Source of the DNA: Gemmatales bacterium
GTDB taxonomy: Bacteria; Planctomycetota; Planctomycetia; Gemmatales; HRBIN36
DNA length: 64,000 bases
Assembly (NCBI GenBank): GCA_041640595.1
Contig: JBEPZY010000004.1
Location: forward strand, 98,273-162,272
Reading direction: 5' to 3'
Every line of letters starts with the position of its first letter. Position 1 is the first letter of the stretch. This document shows, piece after piece, positions 40,279-51,447 of this stretch. Under the pieces are notes generated by a model, which did not search any database, was not told the DNA's origin, and was given only the letters and a program-made list of their open reading frames with translations. A program made the position numbers and the translations under genes.

Positions 40279-41499
40279 CTACCAGACGCGGCACCAGACA
40301 CATTTCAGATATCTTCCCTCCGGAACATGAGCGAAAAAAGGATGATCGGCAGCCGCTCCGCTCAGCCGAAATATCTGCAACTGCCGATTCACCAGCCGCC
40401 CGGCATGACGCAGCACGTCCAGAAAACGCTCCTCCGAAACCAGACCAGTACACGAACAGCTCAAGAACACGCCTCCAGAAGCAACCACCTGCAGTGCCAG
40501 CCGATTCATATCCAGGTAGCGTTGACATGCCGCTGACACATCTTCCCGCGAACGTGTTTGCTTCGAGGGATCCAGCACCACCACATCCCAGCGCTTGCCA
40601 TAGCGAATGGCGTCCCGCAACCAGGGGAAAATATCGGCCTGGACAAAGCGAACCTGCACCTGATTCAGGGCCGCATTTTCTCGTGCCAGCGCCAGCGCAT
40701 TTTCGTCGAGGTCCACACCGGTCACCTCGGCTGCCTGCCCCAGTCTGGCTGCGTAAATGGCGAATCCCCCGGTGTTGCAGCACAGATCGAGTACACGCTT
40801 ACCCGCACAGTGCTCAGCCAGATGCCGGCGATTGTCTCGCTGATCGAGAAAAAAGCCGGTTTTGTGTTTGCTCCCGGGGGCCACGCGAAAACGCACACCA
40901 TATTCCTCGATCACCACTGGCTCCGGAACTTCCGGCTCGCGGCAATCGAACGACTCCTGTTTCTGAATGTGCTCCTCGGCAAACCAGTAAAATCGGGCTT
41001 TCGGAAAATGCTCCTTCAGCACTCCGCAAAGTAGCTCACGAAACCGATACATGCCCGCTGCGAAAAACTCCAGCACCAGTACGTCGCCGAACCGATCCAC
41101 AACCAGCCCGCTCAACCCATCTCCCTCCGCGTGTACCAGTCGGTACGCATTGGTCACGCGATCCAAGTGCAAACAATCGCGGCGCCAGGCGATCGCCTGA
41201 GTCATGCGTCGCTCGAAAAACCCTGCGTCAATTGACTCCGCTGGATCGCTTGTCAACACCCGCAGACCGATCCGCGAGTGACCGTTATAAAAGCCGCGTC
41301 CCACCCAGCGACCATCGCGGTCAATAATGTCCACCACCGTTCCGGGTCGCAGACGCTGCGCCGGTTTTTCGATCATCTTCTGGAAAATCCAGGGATGATC
41401 CGAGCGGCGAGCTATGCGTAGTTTGACTATCGGTAATGTCGCAGATGGTTCCGCCTGGTTCGTCGCCTGGACGTTCTCGCTGGCCGCTTTTGTGTCCAT
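40279..41499 (-). CDS. Class I SAM-dependent rRNA methyltransferase (RlmI-like)
   Basis: HPWIF PUA-like N-terminus, RLVHAEGDGLSGLVVD, KTGFFLDQRDNR, VLDLCCNTGGF, LDP, DHP...EGRYLK. Confidence 0.88.
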   Translation of the reverse strand: MDTKAASENVQATNQAEPSATLPIVKLRIARRSDHPWIFQKMIEKPAQRLRPGTVVDIIDRDGRWVGRGFYNGHSRIGLRVLTSDPAESIDAGFFERRMTQAIAWRRDCLHLDRVTNAYRLVHAEGDGLSGLVVDRFGDVLVLEFFAAGMYRFRELLCGVLKEHFPKARFYWFAEEHIQKQESFDCREPEVPEPVVIEEYGVRFRVAPGSKHKTGFFLDQRDNRRHLAEHCAGKRVLDLCCNTGGFAIYAARLGQAAEVTGVDLDENALALARENAALNQVQVRFVQADIFPWLRDAIRYGKRWDVVVLDPSKQTRSREDVSAACQRYLDMNRLALQVVASGGVFLSCSCTGLVSEERFLDVLRHAGRLVNRQLQIFRLSGAAADHPFFAHVPEGRYLKCVWCRVW

Positions 41500-41923
41500 G
41501 TCAGCTCGTCTCACGTCGGGTGTCACCGAATAGGACACCTTTGGGATACTAAATACCGACAATGGGACTTATTGCTTCCGCCTGCTCACCGAACTGATGA
41601 CGTGCGTTTTACCGTGCCAGGAGATTCTACGCGGCAGCCGATTCCGCGGGTCGCAGCAACACCGTTACCGCATCGCATCGTCCTGACCCTGGCCGGTTCG
41701 CTTACCGCTGACCACAGCGATTTTACGCTGAGAAACTGGGCCGGTGACCCGTTTTGGCGCTGCTTGGTGGCGCTGATCCGAGGCCAAAAGTGGCGCTCTC
41801 AGGGTGCGCCACGGCGCCTCCGTGTGTCAAAAATTTTTCTCACCGAATCCGTGCGAAAACGAGAGCGAACGTGCTCATAAACTCGAAGATTTACGAAAAT
41901 TTCTTATCGGGACAAGAAAACTC

Positions 41924-41952
41924 TTGACGGCTAACCCGTCGCATTCTATCAT
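41924..41952 (+). promoter_or_regulatory. Sigma70-like promoter of the BMC operon
   Basis: TTGACG (41924-41929), 17-bp spacer, TATCAT (41947-41952); AT-rich upstream region; 63 bp before the DeoR ATG. Confidence 0.75.
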
Positions 41953-42015
41953 ACTGGTGCGGATTCGTGCAAAATCGGTCAGGATACGCGGCTGAGCAGC
42001 CAGGAAAAACATAGC

Positions 42016-42813
42016 ATGTTAGCTGAGGAAAGGCGACAAAAATTACTGGAATACGTAAGAGAGCGAGGATTCGTCAGGCTTAGCGAACTCATTGAGGAGC
42101 TAGGCTGCTCAGAATCCACAATTCGCCGCGATCTGGATTACTGGCACAATCTGGGAATCATCAAGCGAACCCATGGCGGTGCGGTGTATGCTCAGCATGA
42201 CACCATGCCCGCTCTCGACGACCGCACCACCGCCATGCTCGCCGAGAAGCAGCAGATCGCCCGCACGGTGGCGTCGTGGATCACGCCGGGCGAGACGGTC
42301 TTGCTCGACGGCGGAACGACTACTTTAGAGGTCGCAAAAGCGCTTCTTGGCAAACGCCTCAACGTCGTCACCAACAGTTTGCCAGTGGCTCAGCTTTACG
42401 CCAGCCGACCGGAAGTGGATCTGATCCTGTTGGGCGGCTATGTCTTCCCGCGAACCGGTGTGGCTCTGGGGCCGATCACCGTCAAGATGCTCCAGGATAT
42501 TCACGTTCACATTGCCATTCTCAGTGTCGGCGGGATGACAGCGAAGGGCCTGTTCAACAGCAACCTGCTCCTGGTCGAGACGGAGCGGCAAATGTTACGC
42601 TCGGCGGATCAGGTGATCATTGTGGCCGACCACAGCAAAATCGGGAGACAGGCGGTCGCTTTTCTCTGCGATTGGTCGGCCGTGGATGTGCTGGTGGTGG
42701 ATGCGGGACTGTCGCCGGAACAGCGTCAGTTGCTGGAACGGGCCAAAGTGCGCTACGTCCTGGCCGGTGCAGATTCGCCAGCACCGCCTGTGCGGGTGGA
42801 GGCCAGCGCATGA
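42016..42813 (+). CDS. DeoR/GlpR family transcriptional regulator of the BMC locus
   Basis: [38 protein letters not shown]. Confidence 0.95.
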   Translation: MLAEERRQKLLEYVRERGFVRLSELIEELGCSESTIRRDLDYWHNLGIIKRTHGGAVYAQHDTMPALDDRTTAMLAEKQQIARTVASWITPGETVLLDGGTTTLEVAKALLGKRLNVVTNSLPVAQLYASRPEVDLILLGGYVFPRTGVALGPITVKMLQDIHVHIAILSVGGMTAKGLFNSNLLLVETERQMLRSADQVIIVADHSKIGRQAVAFLCDWSAVDVLVVDAGLSPEQRQLLERAKVRYVLAGADSPAPPVRVEASA

Positions 42814-43487
42814 GCCAGACTATTTCCTCTATTGCCGACCGCAATCGTATCGAAAAGCTGGTGCGGCAAACTTTGCGGAAGTATCTGACTGCAGCCGAGC
42901 CGACGGATGGTTACCGCCCAAAACTGGTCGTCAATATCTCAGCTCGGCATGTGCATCTGCGGCCGGAATCAGTGGAGCGACTGTTCGGGCCAGGGGCCAA
43001 ACTCACACCAATGCGCCCGCTTTATCAGGAAGGGGAATTCGCGGCCGAGCAAACCGTGACCATCATCGGTCCGCGACAACGCATGATCACCAACGTGCGC
43101 GTGCTGGGTCCGTGTCGGGATTACGACCAGGTGGAGCTGGCGTTTACCGACGGCATTCTGCTGGGCATTGATTTGCCGGTGCGGCGTAGCGGTGATCATC
43201 GCGATACGCCGGGCTGCTGGTTGATGGGCCCGGCGGGAATGATTCGTCTGGAGCAGGGCGTGATCCGTGCCGAACGCCATGTCCACATGTCGCCGCGCGA
43301 CGCCGCCTATTACGGCGTGCAACACGGGGATCGGCTCAAGCTGCGTGTCGTCAGCCGCTGCCCCACGGTTCTGGAAGGGCTGCTTTGTCGCGTGGATGAG
43401 CGCTACAAGCTCGAAGTCCACCTGGACACCGACGAGGGCAACGCCTGCGACTTGCCATCCGCCACCTATGTCGAGCTTTTCAAATAA
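42810..43487 (+). CDS. pduL: PduL-type phosphotransacylase (BMC)
   Basis: [51 protein letters not shown]-coupled to DeoR. Confidence 0.93.
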   Translation: MSQTISSIADRNRIEKLVRQTLRKYLTAAEPTDGYRPKLVVNISARHVHLRPESVERLFGPGAKLTPMRPLYQEGEFAAEQTVTIIGPRQRMITNVRVLGPCRDYDQVELAFTDGILLGIDLPVRRSGDHRDTPGCWLMGPAGMIRLEQGVIRAERHVHMSPRDAAYYGVQHGDRLKLRVVSRCPTVLEGLLCRVDERYKLEVHLDTDEGNACDLPSATYVELFK

Positions 43488-43491
43488 CCTG

Positions 43492-43514
43492 ACTGCCAGT
43501 GCGAAACTGGCAGT
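43492..43514 (+). other. Stem-loop directly after pduL (attenuator or mRNA-stabilising hairpin)
   Basis: ACTGCCAGT-GCGAA-ACTGGCAGT, perfect 9-bp stem, no U-tract. Confidence 0.55.
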
Positions 43515-43627
43515 GACTGCCTGGTGTCAATGGCGAATTAGCATTGCCAGAATCATCCTGGCGACTGACATAGCCATGACAATTTGCGATAGAGCAACTC
43601 GGCAAACTATCTAAAAGGAGGAGTGCC

Positions 43628-43942
43628 ATGCCGAACCATCCCGGAGTCGAAGCCCTGGGAATGATCGAGACCAAGGGGCTGGTGGCCCTGATCGAGGCCT
43701 GCGATGCCATGCTCAAGGCGGCCAATGTGGAACTGATCGGCTGGCAGAAGATCGGTTCCGGTTTTGTGACTGCCTTTGTGCGGGGCGATGTGGCTGCGGT
43801 CAAAGCTGCCGTGGATGCCGGTGCTGCCGCGGCTCAGAAAGTCGGCGAGGTCATCAGCACGCAGGTCATTCCTCGACCGCATACCGAAGTGGACACGGTT
43901 CTGCCACAAGCGGCCCGCAAGGAAACCGTCGCCGTCAGCTAA
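43628..43942 (+). CDS. BMC hexamer shell protein (BMC-H)
   Basis: ALGMIETKG...DAMLKAANV...IGSG...[10 protein letters not shown]...VIPRPH; RBS AAAGGAGGAG. Confidence 0.97.
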   Translation: MPNHPGVEALGMIETKGLVALIEACDAMLKAANVELIGWQKIGSGFVTAFVRGDVAAVKAAVDAGAAAAQKVGEVISTQVIPRPHTEVDTVLPQAARKETVAVS

Positions 43943-44068
43943 ACGCCAGCCGCTAAATTTGGCTTGCGTTCTTTCGGCGACCAGCGCGTCGGACCGCATG
44001 CGACCTGAACAGGCGAAAGCAATTTGTGCCAAGCAAACTCTCCAATATCGCAAAAAGGAGGAACGCTT

Positions 44069-44362
44069 ATGGCCAGCAACAATTTCTTCAACGGCCCGGC
44101 TCTGGGGCTGATCGAGACCAAGGGGCTGATTGCCACCATTGCTGCTACCGATGCGATGCTGAAGGCGGCCAACGTGACCCTGGCCGGTCAGGTGCAGATC
44201 GGCGGTGCCTACGTCACGACCCTGGTGCGTGGCGATGTCGGTTCAGTGCGTGCCGCGGTTGAAGCCGGGGCTCAGGCAGCACAGGCCAATGGCGAACTGG
44301 TCAGTGCCCACATCATTCCCCGCCCCGAACAGGCCGTCCTGGATGCTTTCCTCAGCAAATGA
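44069..44362 (+). CDS. BMC hexamer shell protein (BMC-H)
   Basis: ALGLIETKG...DAMLKAANV...IGGA...RGDVGSVRAA...HIIPRP; RBS AAAGGAGG. Confidence 0.97.
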   Translation: MASNNFFNGPALGLIETKGLIATIAATDAMLKAANVTLAGQVQIGGAYVTTLVRGDVGSVRAAVEAGAQAAQANGELVSAHIIPRPEQAVLDAFLSK

Positions 44363-44377
44363 CCAGGGAGCCTGGCC

Positions 44378-45580
<1,203 letters not shown>

Positions 45581-45590
45581 GAGAAGGAGC

Positions 45591-45911
45591 ATGTTCCTGG
45601 CTCGTGTGACCGGCAACGTCGTGGCCACGCAAAAAGTCGCCAATCTGACCGGCCGCAAGCTGCTGCTGGTCGAACCCATGCGCCTCGAACCGGGCACGCA
45701 TCGCCAGCTGATTGGCACGGGCCGAACCTTCGTTTGCGTGGATACCGTCGGCGCCGGGCTGGGCGAGCTTGTCCTTATTGTTCAGGGTTCCAGCGCCCGC
45801 ATGACTCCCGACTGCGAAAAGCTTCCCGTGGACGCTTCCATCATCGGCATTGTGGACCGCGTCGTCGTCCACGGCGAGACCATTTTCGCCTCCGGCACGG
45901 GAACTTCCTGA
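45591..45911 (+). CDS. BMC pentamer vertex protein (EutN/CcmL)
   Basis: MFLARVTGNVVATQK...DTVGAGLGELVL..QGSSAR...DASIIGIVD. Confidence 0.95.
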   Translation: MFLARVTGNVVATQKVANLTGRKLLLVEPMRLEPGTHRQLIGTGRTFVCVDTVGAGLGELVLIVQGSSARMTPDCEKLPVDASIIGIVDRVVVHGETIFASGTGTS

Positions 45912-46018
45912 GCAATCCGATCCCAGCTTGCGGAGACATATTCAGTCTGTGACAACCCGATGACAACGCACTGCCCATTCATGGACACACTGCGATCACC
46001 ATCTGGCGAGGACCTGCC

Positions 46019-47476
46019 ATGACCCTGCGGATTACCGATGCGATTATCAGCCGTGTCGTTCAGGAAGTGCTGGCGGAATTGCGTCAGGGCTCGGCGCCGA
46101 CGCCTGTTGCCGCCAGTGCTCCGCCGTCTGCGAATGGCCAGGTTCGTCCTGGCCGATGGGGCGTGTTCGAGCGCGTGGACGACGCCGTCGCTGCTGCGTC
46201 CGAAGCGCAGAAACGCTTTGCCCGACTCGGACCGACCGGCTGGGCCAAAGCTGTCCAGTGCATCCGACGCATCTGCATCGATCAGGCCGAGCCACTCGGA
46301 CGCGAAGAGTACGAGGAAACCAAAATCGGTCGCCTCGACCACAAAATCGAGAAACTGATCGTCGCAGGCGAGCGCACGCCCGGCGTCGAATGGCTGCTCA
46401 CCCATGCTTATAGCGGAGCTGACGGCGTCGCCCTGGTCGAATACGCGCCCTTCGGCGTCATCGGCGCCATCACGCCAGTCACCCATTCCCTGCCGACGCT
46501 GGCTTCCAACGCCATCTCCATGCTCGCCGCTGGGAACGCCGTCGTCTTCAATCCCCACCCGGCCGGCGCTGGAGTAGCCCGGCACGGTGTGCAGCTTTTC
46601 AATCAGGCTATCGAACAGGCCATCGGCATTGACAACCTGCTGACACTGGTCGCGGAACCCACTCTCGAAACCGCTCAGGCGATCTTTGAACATCCCGACA
46701 TCCAGTTGCTCTGCGTCACCGGTGGTGCTGCGGTGGCCCGCGCTGCCTTACGCAGTCCCAAACGCGCTATCGTTGCCGGGCCGGGAAACCCGCCGGTTGT
46801 CGTGGACGAAACCGCCGATCTTGCCAACGCCGCTCGCTCGATTATCCGCGGGGCCGCTTATGATAATAACCTGCTCTGTATCGGCGAAAAGGAAGTTTTT
46901 GCCGTCGCCTCCATATTCGACGAACTGTTAGAGGAAATGGAAAAGGCCGGGGCAATTCGCTTAGATACTAAACAAATCGAGGCCCTGACTCAGGTAGCCT
47001 TCACCACCAATCAGGATAAATCCAGGTATGTTCTCAATAAAGACTTAGTCGGCAAAGACCCGGAAGTGCTGGCAGCAAAGGCGGGATTCCAGCTACCGAG
47101 AAAGACCGAACTCCTCTTCGGCGAGACCCCGCCCGATCATCCTTTTGTATTAGAGGAGCAGATGATGCCGTTTGTTCCTTTTGTCAGGTGTCGGGATTTT
47201 TATGAGGCGGTCGAACACGCCAAACGTGCCGAACACGGTTTCCGCCACACCGCCATTATCCATTCCCGGAATGTCGAGGCGATTACTTATATGGCTCGGG
47301 AACTAAATACCACCTTATTTATTGCCAATGGCCCATGCGTGGCGGGATTAGGTATCGGCGGCGAAGGTTATCTTAGCTATAGCATCGCCACACCAACCGG
47401 CGAAGGGGTAACCACTCCGCTTACCTTCACCCGCCAGCGGAGACTCACCATGACCGGAAGCCTCCGCATTATTTAG
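46019..47476 (+). CDS. Acylating aldehyde dehydrogenase (EutE/PduP-like, BMC)
   Basis: PFGVIGAITPVTH, GNAVVFNPHP, VTGG, AGPGNPP, DNNLLCIGEKE, ATPTGEG; N-terminal amphipathic helix. Confidence 0.95.
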   Translation: MTLRITDAIISRVVQEVLAELRQGSAPTPVAASAPPSANGQVRPGRWGVFERVDDAVAAASEAQKRFARLGPTGWAKAVQCIRRICIDQAEPLGREEYEETKIGRLDHKIEKLIVAGERTPGVEWLLTHAYSGADGVALVEYAPFGVIGAITPVTHSLPTLASNAISMLAAGNAVVFNPHPAGAGVARHGVQLFNQAIEQAIGIDNLLTLVAEPTLETAQAIFEHPDIQLLCVTGGAAVARAALRSPKRAIVAGPGNPPVVVDETADLANAARSIIRGAAYDNNLLCIGEKEVFAVASIFDELLEEMEKAGAIRLDTKQIEALTQVAFTTNQDKSRYVLNKDLVGKDPEVLAAKAGFQLPRKTELLFGETPPDHPFVLEEQMMPFVPFVRCRDFYEAVEHAKRAEHGFRHTAIIHSRNVEAITYMARELNTTLFIANGPCVAGLGIGGEGYLSYSIATPTGEGVTTPLTFTRQRRLTMTGSLRII

Positions 47477-47487
47477 GAGGTAAAGCC

Positions 47488-47742
47488 ATGCAACTGGCAC
47501 GCATCGTCGGCCATGCGGTCACCAATACCTATCATCCCAGCCTGCGAGGCTGGCGGTTATTAGTCGCCCAGCCGCTGGATGCCACCCATCGGCCCGATGG
47601 CGAGCCGCTCCTGGTTATTGACCATTTCGGAGCCAGTATAGGTTCTATAGTCATCCTGAGTAACGATGGCCAGGGAGCCCGCGAACTGGTCGGCGATAAT
47701 AAGTCGCCCGTCCGCTGGTTTGTGCTGGGCATGAAAGATTAG
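47488..47742 (+). CDS. BMC pentamer vertex protein (EutN/CcmL)
   Basis: MQLARIVG...LLVAQPL...IDHFGASIGSIVIL. Confidence 0.9.
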   Translation: MQLARIVGHAVTNTYHPSLRGWRLLVAQPLDATHRPDGEPLLVIDHFGASIGSIVILSNDGQGARELVGDNKSPVRWFVLGMKD

Positions 47743-47752
47743 AGGCTTCACC

Positions 47753-48061
47753 ATGCGCATCGCTCAGGTGATCGGCAGCATCACCCTCTCTCGGCCGCAT
47801 CCAGCGCTGGTCGGAGCGCGATTGTTAGTGGCTGTTCCGTCCAGTCTGCAAGCACTGGCTCAACACCGCGGGGCCGACGGTGAGGAAATCATTGTCTGGG
47901 ACGATCTCGGAGCCGGGCCGGGGTCCTGGATCGGTGTCAGCGAAGGGGTCGAGGCGACCATGCCCTTCCGCCCCGAACGAAAACCTATTGATGCCTATTG
48001 TGCCTGCCTCCTGGATGACCTCCATCTCGATACTCAGCAAATCAAGGAGTTAATATCATGA
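47753..48061 (+). CDS. BMC pentamer vertex protein (EutN/CcmL)
   Basis: MRIAQVIG...DDLGAGPG...SEGVEA...PIDAY. Confidence 0.9.
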   Translation: MRIAQVIGSITLSRPHPALVGARLLVAVPSSLQALAQHRGADGEEIIVWDDLGAGPGSWIGVSEGVEATMPFRPERKPIDAYCACLLDDLHLDTQQIKELIS

Positions 48062-48930
48062 ACGAACGCGCCATCAAGGAGCAAATATGCGAAATTGGCC
48101 GACGCCTGTATCAGCGGGGCTATGTTTCGGCGAACGATGGCAATATTAGTGTTCGTCTCAATGAGCGCGAAATTCTCTGCACGCCTACGATGATCTCTAA
48201 AGGTTTCATGAAGCCGGAAGATATATGCAAGGTGGACTACGAAGGGAATCAACTGGCCGGCACTCGGAAACGCACCAGCGAAATTTTCCTCCATCTGGCT
48301 GTTTATAAGCATCGTCCGGACGTTATGGCCGTCGTCCATTCGCATCCACCCCATGCAACGGCCTTTGCTGTCGCTCACGAACCGATCCCGAAATGTATCC
48401 TGCCGGAAGTCGAGGTCTTTATTGGGGAAGTGCCGATTGCGAAATACGAAACGCCCGGCGGCCAGGCGTTCGCCAATACCGTCGTGCCGTTTCTCCAGGG
48501 TACCAACACTATCTTATTAGCCAATCACGGAACGGTAACATTCGGGCCGGACTTGGAAAAAGCCTACTGGAACACGGAAATTATAGATTCCTATTGCAAG
48601 ATATTGATTCTGGCTCGCCAGCTGGGCCGGGTCAACTATATTTCCGACGAAAAAACCCGCGAATTGCTGGCACTCAAGCAACGCCTCGGTTACGACGATC
48701 CGCGTTTGCACTGTGCTGGGTGTCCGGTCTGCGGGCCGGGATTGTTGATTCAGCAGGAAGGCGACTATATTCCCGAACCGTATGCCTTTCGCCGCGATAT
48801 CGGTGCGACCTGCGGCCCGTGTGCAGCCAACGGCCAGCAAGAAACCGACATGGCAGAGTTCAGCCAGCTGGAAAACTTAGTGCAGCGCATTACTGCCGAG
48901 ATTTGCCAGAAACTGGGAATCAAGACCTAG
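48058..48930 (+). CDS. Class II aldolase (fuculose/rhamnulose-1-phosphate aldolase-like BMC signature enzyme)
   Basis: DGNISVR, TPT, TSEIFLH, VVHSHP, LANHG; C-terminal helix LENLVQRITAEICQKL. Confidence 0.92.
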   Translation: MNERAIKEQICEIGRRLYQRGYVSANDGNISVRLNEREILCTPTMISKGFMKPEDICKVDYEGNQLAGTRKRTSEIFLHLAVYKHRPDVMAVVHSHPPHATAFAVAHEPIPKCILPEVEVFIGEVPIAKYETPGGQAFANTVVPFLQGTNTILLANHGTVTFGPDLEKAYWNTEIIDSYCKILILARQLGRVNYISDEKTRELLALKQRLGYDDPRLHCAGCPVCGPGLLIQQEGDYIPEPYAFRRDIGATCGPCAANGQQETDMAEFSQLENLVQRITAEICQKLGIKT

Positions 48931-48961
48931 ATCACCTGGCCAGAAATACAGGAGCGGGAGC

Positions 48962-50056
48962 ATGAAGGTAAGCATCATCGGTGGCGGAGGTGTGGTGGGG
49001 AGCACCGCGGCTTTTGCCTTGCAATGCGGCGGCGTGGTCAGCGAAATTTGCCTGATTGACGCTAATAAGGAACTGGCACTCGGTCAGGCCGGCGATCTTT
49101 TACACGGTTCCAGCCTCGTAGCTGATCAGCGTATTTATGTCGGCGATCTCGAAGAAATTCGCACCAGCCACCTGGTTATTATTACCGCCGGTTTACGTCG
49201 CAAGCCCGACGAAAGCCGATTGGATCTCATCAACCGCAATGTGGATTTGTTTCTCAACATCATCCAGCAGGCTAAGCAAATCGGTTGGCGCGACCACGCC
49301 GTCTTGCTGGTGGTCAGCAATCCCGTGGACATTCTCACCTACTTAGCAGTGCGTCATTCAGGGCTACCTGCTTCGCGGATCATGGGCTTGGGGACACTTC
49401 TGGATACCGCTCGATTTCGTAGCTATATAGCCGACCATCTTAAGGTGCCGGCGACGCAAGTGGACGGATGGATACTAGGTGAACATGGCGATAGTATGGT
49501 GCCGGTCTGGTCAAGTGTGCGGATTAGCGGCTGGCCTGTGCAGCAGTGGCCCGGCTATAGTCCGCAATTCGAACGGGAAATCGAAGAGCAGACCCGCAAA
49601 GCCGGTGCGGAAATGATTCGTTTGAAGGGAGCCTCTGCCTTTGCCGTGGCACTAAGTATCCGGGAGGTGGTTCACGCTGTATTCTTAGATCAACGCCGAC
49701 TGCTACCGGTCTCGACATGGCAGGAAGGAAAGTACGGCGTGCAGGGGATATGTTTCTCTGTGCCGACTATCGTTGGTTGCGGAGGTGTGCGCGGGCAGAT
49801 GGAGCTTCCGCTCACACCGCGAGAACAGGCCGCTCTGCTTCAGTCGGCCAAGGTGCTTGCCGAGACTATACGTCAGGTTGAAAACCGTCTAAGCACCACC
49901 AGCCCATCCGCCGGACAGACAGCGCAGCGGGCGGAAACTAAGTCGGCTGACTCCCGACAGACTATAGCCAGGTTGGAGCCGAGCAGTATGCCTGCGGGGC
50001 ATAATCAGCAAGGGCAACGGGTAATTCCGCGATCGGCCTGGCAGCTTGCCCGCTAA
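48962..50056 (+). CDS. Lactate/malate dehydrogenase family protein (BMC locus)
   Basis: IIGGGGVVG, TAGLRRKPDESRLDL, VSNPVD, GTLLDTARF, GEHGDS; about 55-aa C-terminal extension. Confidence 0.92.
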   Translation: MKVSIIGGGGVVGSTAAFALQCGGVVSEICLIDANKELALGQAGDLLHGSSLVADQRIYVGDLEEIRTSHLVIITAGLRRKPDESRLDLINRNVDLFLNIIQQAKQIGWRDHAVLLVVSNPVDILTYLAVRHSGLPASRIMGLGTLLDTARFRSYIADHLKVPATQVDGWILGEHGDSMVPVWSSVRISGWPVQQWPGYSPQFEREIEEQTRKAGAEMIRLKGASAFAVALSIREVVHAVFLDQRRLLPVSTWQEGKYGVQGICFSVPTIVGCGGVRGQMELPLTPREQAALLQSAKVLAETIRQVENRLSTTSPSAGQTAQRAETKSADSRQTIARLEPSSMPAGHNQQGQRVIPRSAWQLAR

Positions 50057-50080
50057 GGTACACAGCAACATGTCACTGCC

Positions 50081-51355
50081 ATGGTAGCGAAATCCTTAGA
50101 TATTAAGCTGGCCCGTATCCACGCCGATCCGCACGGGGCACGGGACTTTATATTAGCGGATGCCAAGGACGCCGATATGGCCTTCGGTATCGGTGCCCCG
50201 GGGCGATCGCCGGAGAACTATAGCGGGGAGGTACGCTTTCGCAGTCTGGCAGAATGGCGGGATATTATTACCGAAATCGTGGAACAGGGGCTGGTGGACA
50301 TAATGTTAATGTCGGCCAGCACCAGTGAGGTGCTGACCATTCAGCGGCGGATTTTTGACCGTAGTTCGGTGACGCCTGCGGTGCGGGTCAATGATACCAC
50401 GGACATCTATATTGTGCGAGGCGGTAAGTATCATACCTATCCGTCCCTGCCATTTCGCTCGGCTACGCTGGATCATATCCAGTGCGGCCACCTCGATTGC
50501 CAGCCCGGGGAGCGTTATTTAGGTGCGAATTTAGGTCTATACAGCATCACCTTTAACAACGATCCGGTACTGGACAGGGAGGCGCTCGAGCAGTATAAGG
50601 AGTTTCGCCTCGAAGCCGAGCGTAAAGGTTTTCGGCATTTCCTGGAAGTGTTCGACCCGAATCGTCCGGAAGCTGTAGAAGAAAGCCGTATTCCGGAGTT
50701 TGTCAATGATATGATCGTGCGCAGTTTAGCAGGTGTAACATCCAGAGGTCGGCCGCTGTTTCTGAAAATTGTTTATCACGGCCCCAAGGCGATGGAAGAA
50801 TTAGTGCGTTATGATCCTCACCTGATAGTTGGCATTCTCGGTGGCTCGGCGGGTACCACTTATGATGCGTTCAAATTATTAGCGGAGGCTAAGAAACACG
50901 GAGCCCGGGTGGCTTTGTTTGGCCGCAAAATTAATAATGCGGAAAATCAGTTAGCGTTTATCAGATTCCTTCGGCTCATTGCTGATGATGAAATCAGTCC
51001 GGAAGAGGCGGTGCGTGCCTATCATGGAGTATTGCAGCGGCTGGGTATTCGCCCGCAACGGAGTTTAGAGGAGGACATGCAGCTTACTACGAATATCATG
51101 AGTTATGGCGGCAGTGGACGAACGATTAGTTTGCCGCCGCGAGTAGCCGCAGGTGCGAATGCTAAGCCAGCCGGCTGCCGATGTCCGCAGTGTCCGTGTC
51201 AGCGTCAGCGAGGCGAATCGGGAAATGACACGCGCTCTAATAATCCGGGGCGCCTAGCGGATACGACAGGGACAGGCGAGCCGGACTTTCGTACCATGAC
51301 GGCTGCGGAAAAAGTCGCCTACAATCTAGCCAAATGGCGGCGAATTCTTGGCTAA
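50081..51355 (+). CDS. Conserved hypothetical protein, probable class I aldolase-like TIM barrel
   Basis: 424-aa ORF 24 bp after the LDH gene; ordered motifs FLEVF, FLKIVY, GILGG, LFGRKI resemble LacD/DhnA-type aldolases (fold is inferred). Confidence 0.7.
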   Translation: MVAKSLDIKLARIHADPHGARDFILADAKDADMAFGIGAPGRSPENYSGEVRFRSLAEWRDIITEIVEQGLVDIMLMSASTSEVLTIQRRIFDRSSVTPAVRVNDTTDIYIVRGGKYHTYPSLPFRSATLDHIQCGHLDCQPGERYLGANLGLYSITFNNDPVLDREALEQYKEFRLEAERKGFRHFLEVFDPNRPEAVEESRIPEFVNDMIVRSLAGVTSRGRPLFLKIVYHGPKAMEELVRYDPHLIVGILGGSAGTTYDAFKLLAEAKKHGARVALFGRKINNAENQLAFIRFLRLIADDEISPEEAVRAYHGVLQRLGIRPQRSLEEDMQLTTNIMSYGGSGRTISLPPRVAAGANAKPAGCRCPQCPCQRQRGESGNDTRSNNPGRLADTTGTGEPDFRTMTAAEKVAYNLAKWRRILG

Positions 51356-51447
51356 AGATACAGCCACAAAACGCCGCGCCTGGTGTACTAAACACAGGAC
51401 GGTGAACTATCTAACCATGCAGGGCCGAGGAAGCGGCAACGGAGGGC

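Noticed and set aside
42276..42809. 403-aa ORF suggesting a long N-terminal extension on PduL
   Set aside because: The extension overlaps DeoR in another frame; the coupled ATG at 42810 is the plausible start.
50297..50313. GACATAATGTTAATGTC as a dif-like site near the compositional centre
   Set aside because: Lies within a CDS and lacks the ATAA-N6-TTATG spacing and XerD arm.
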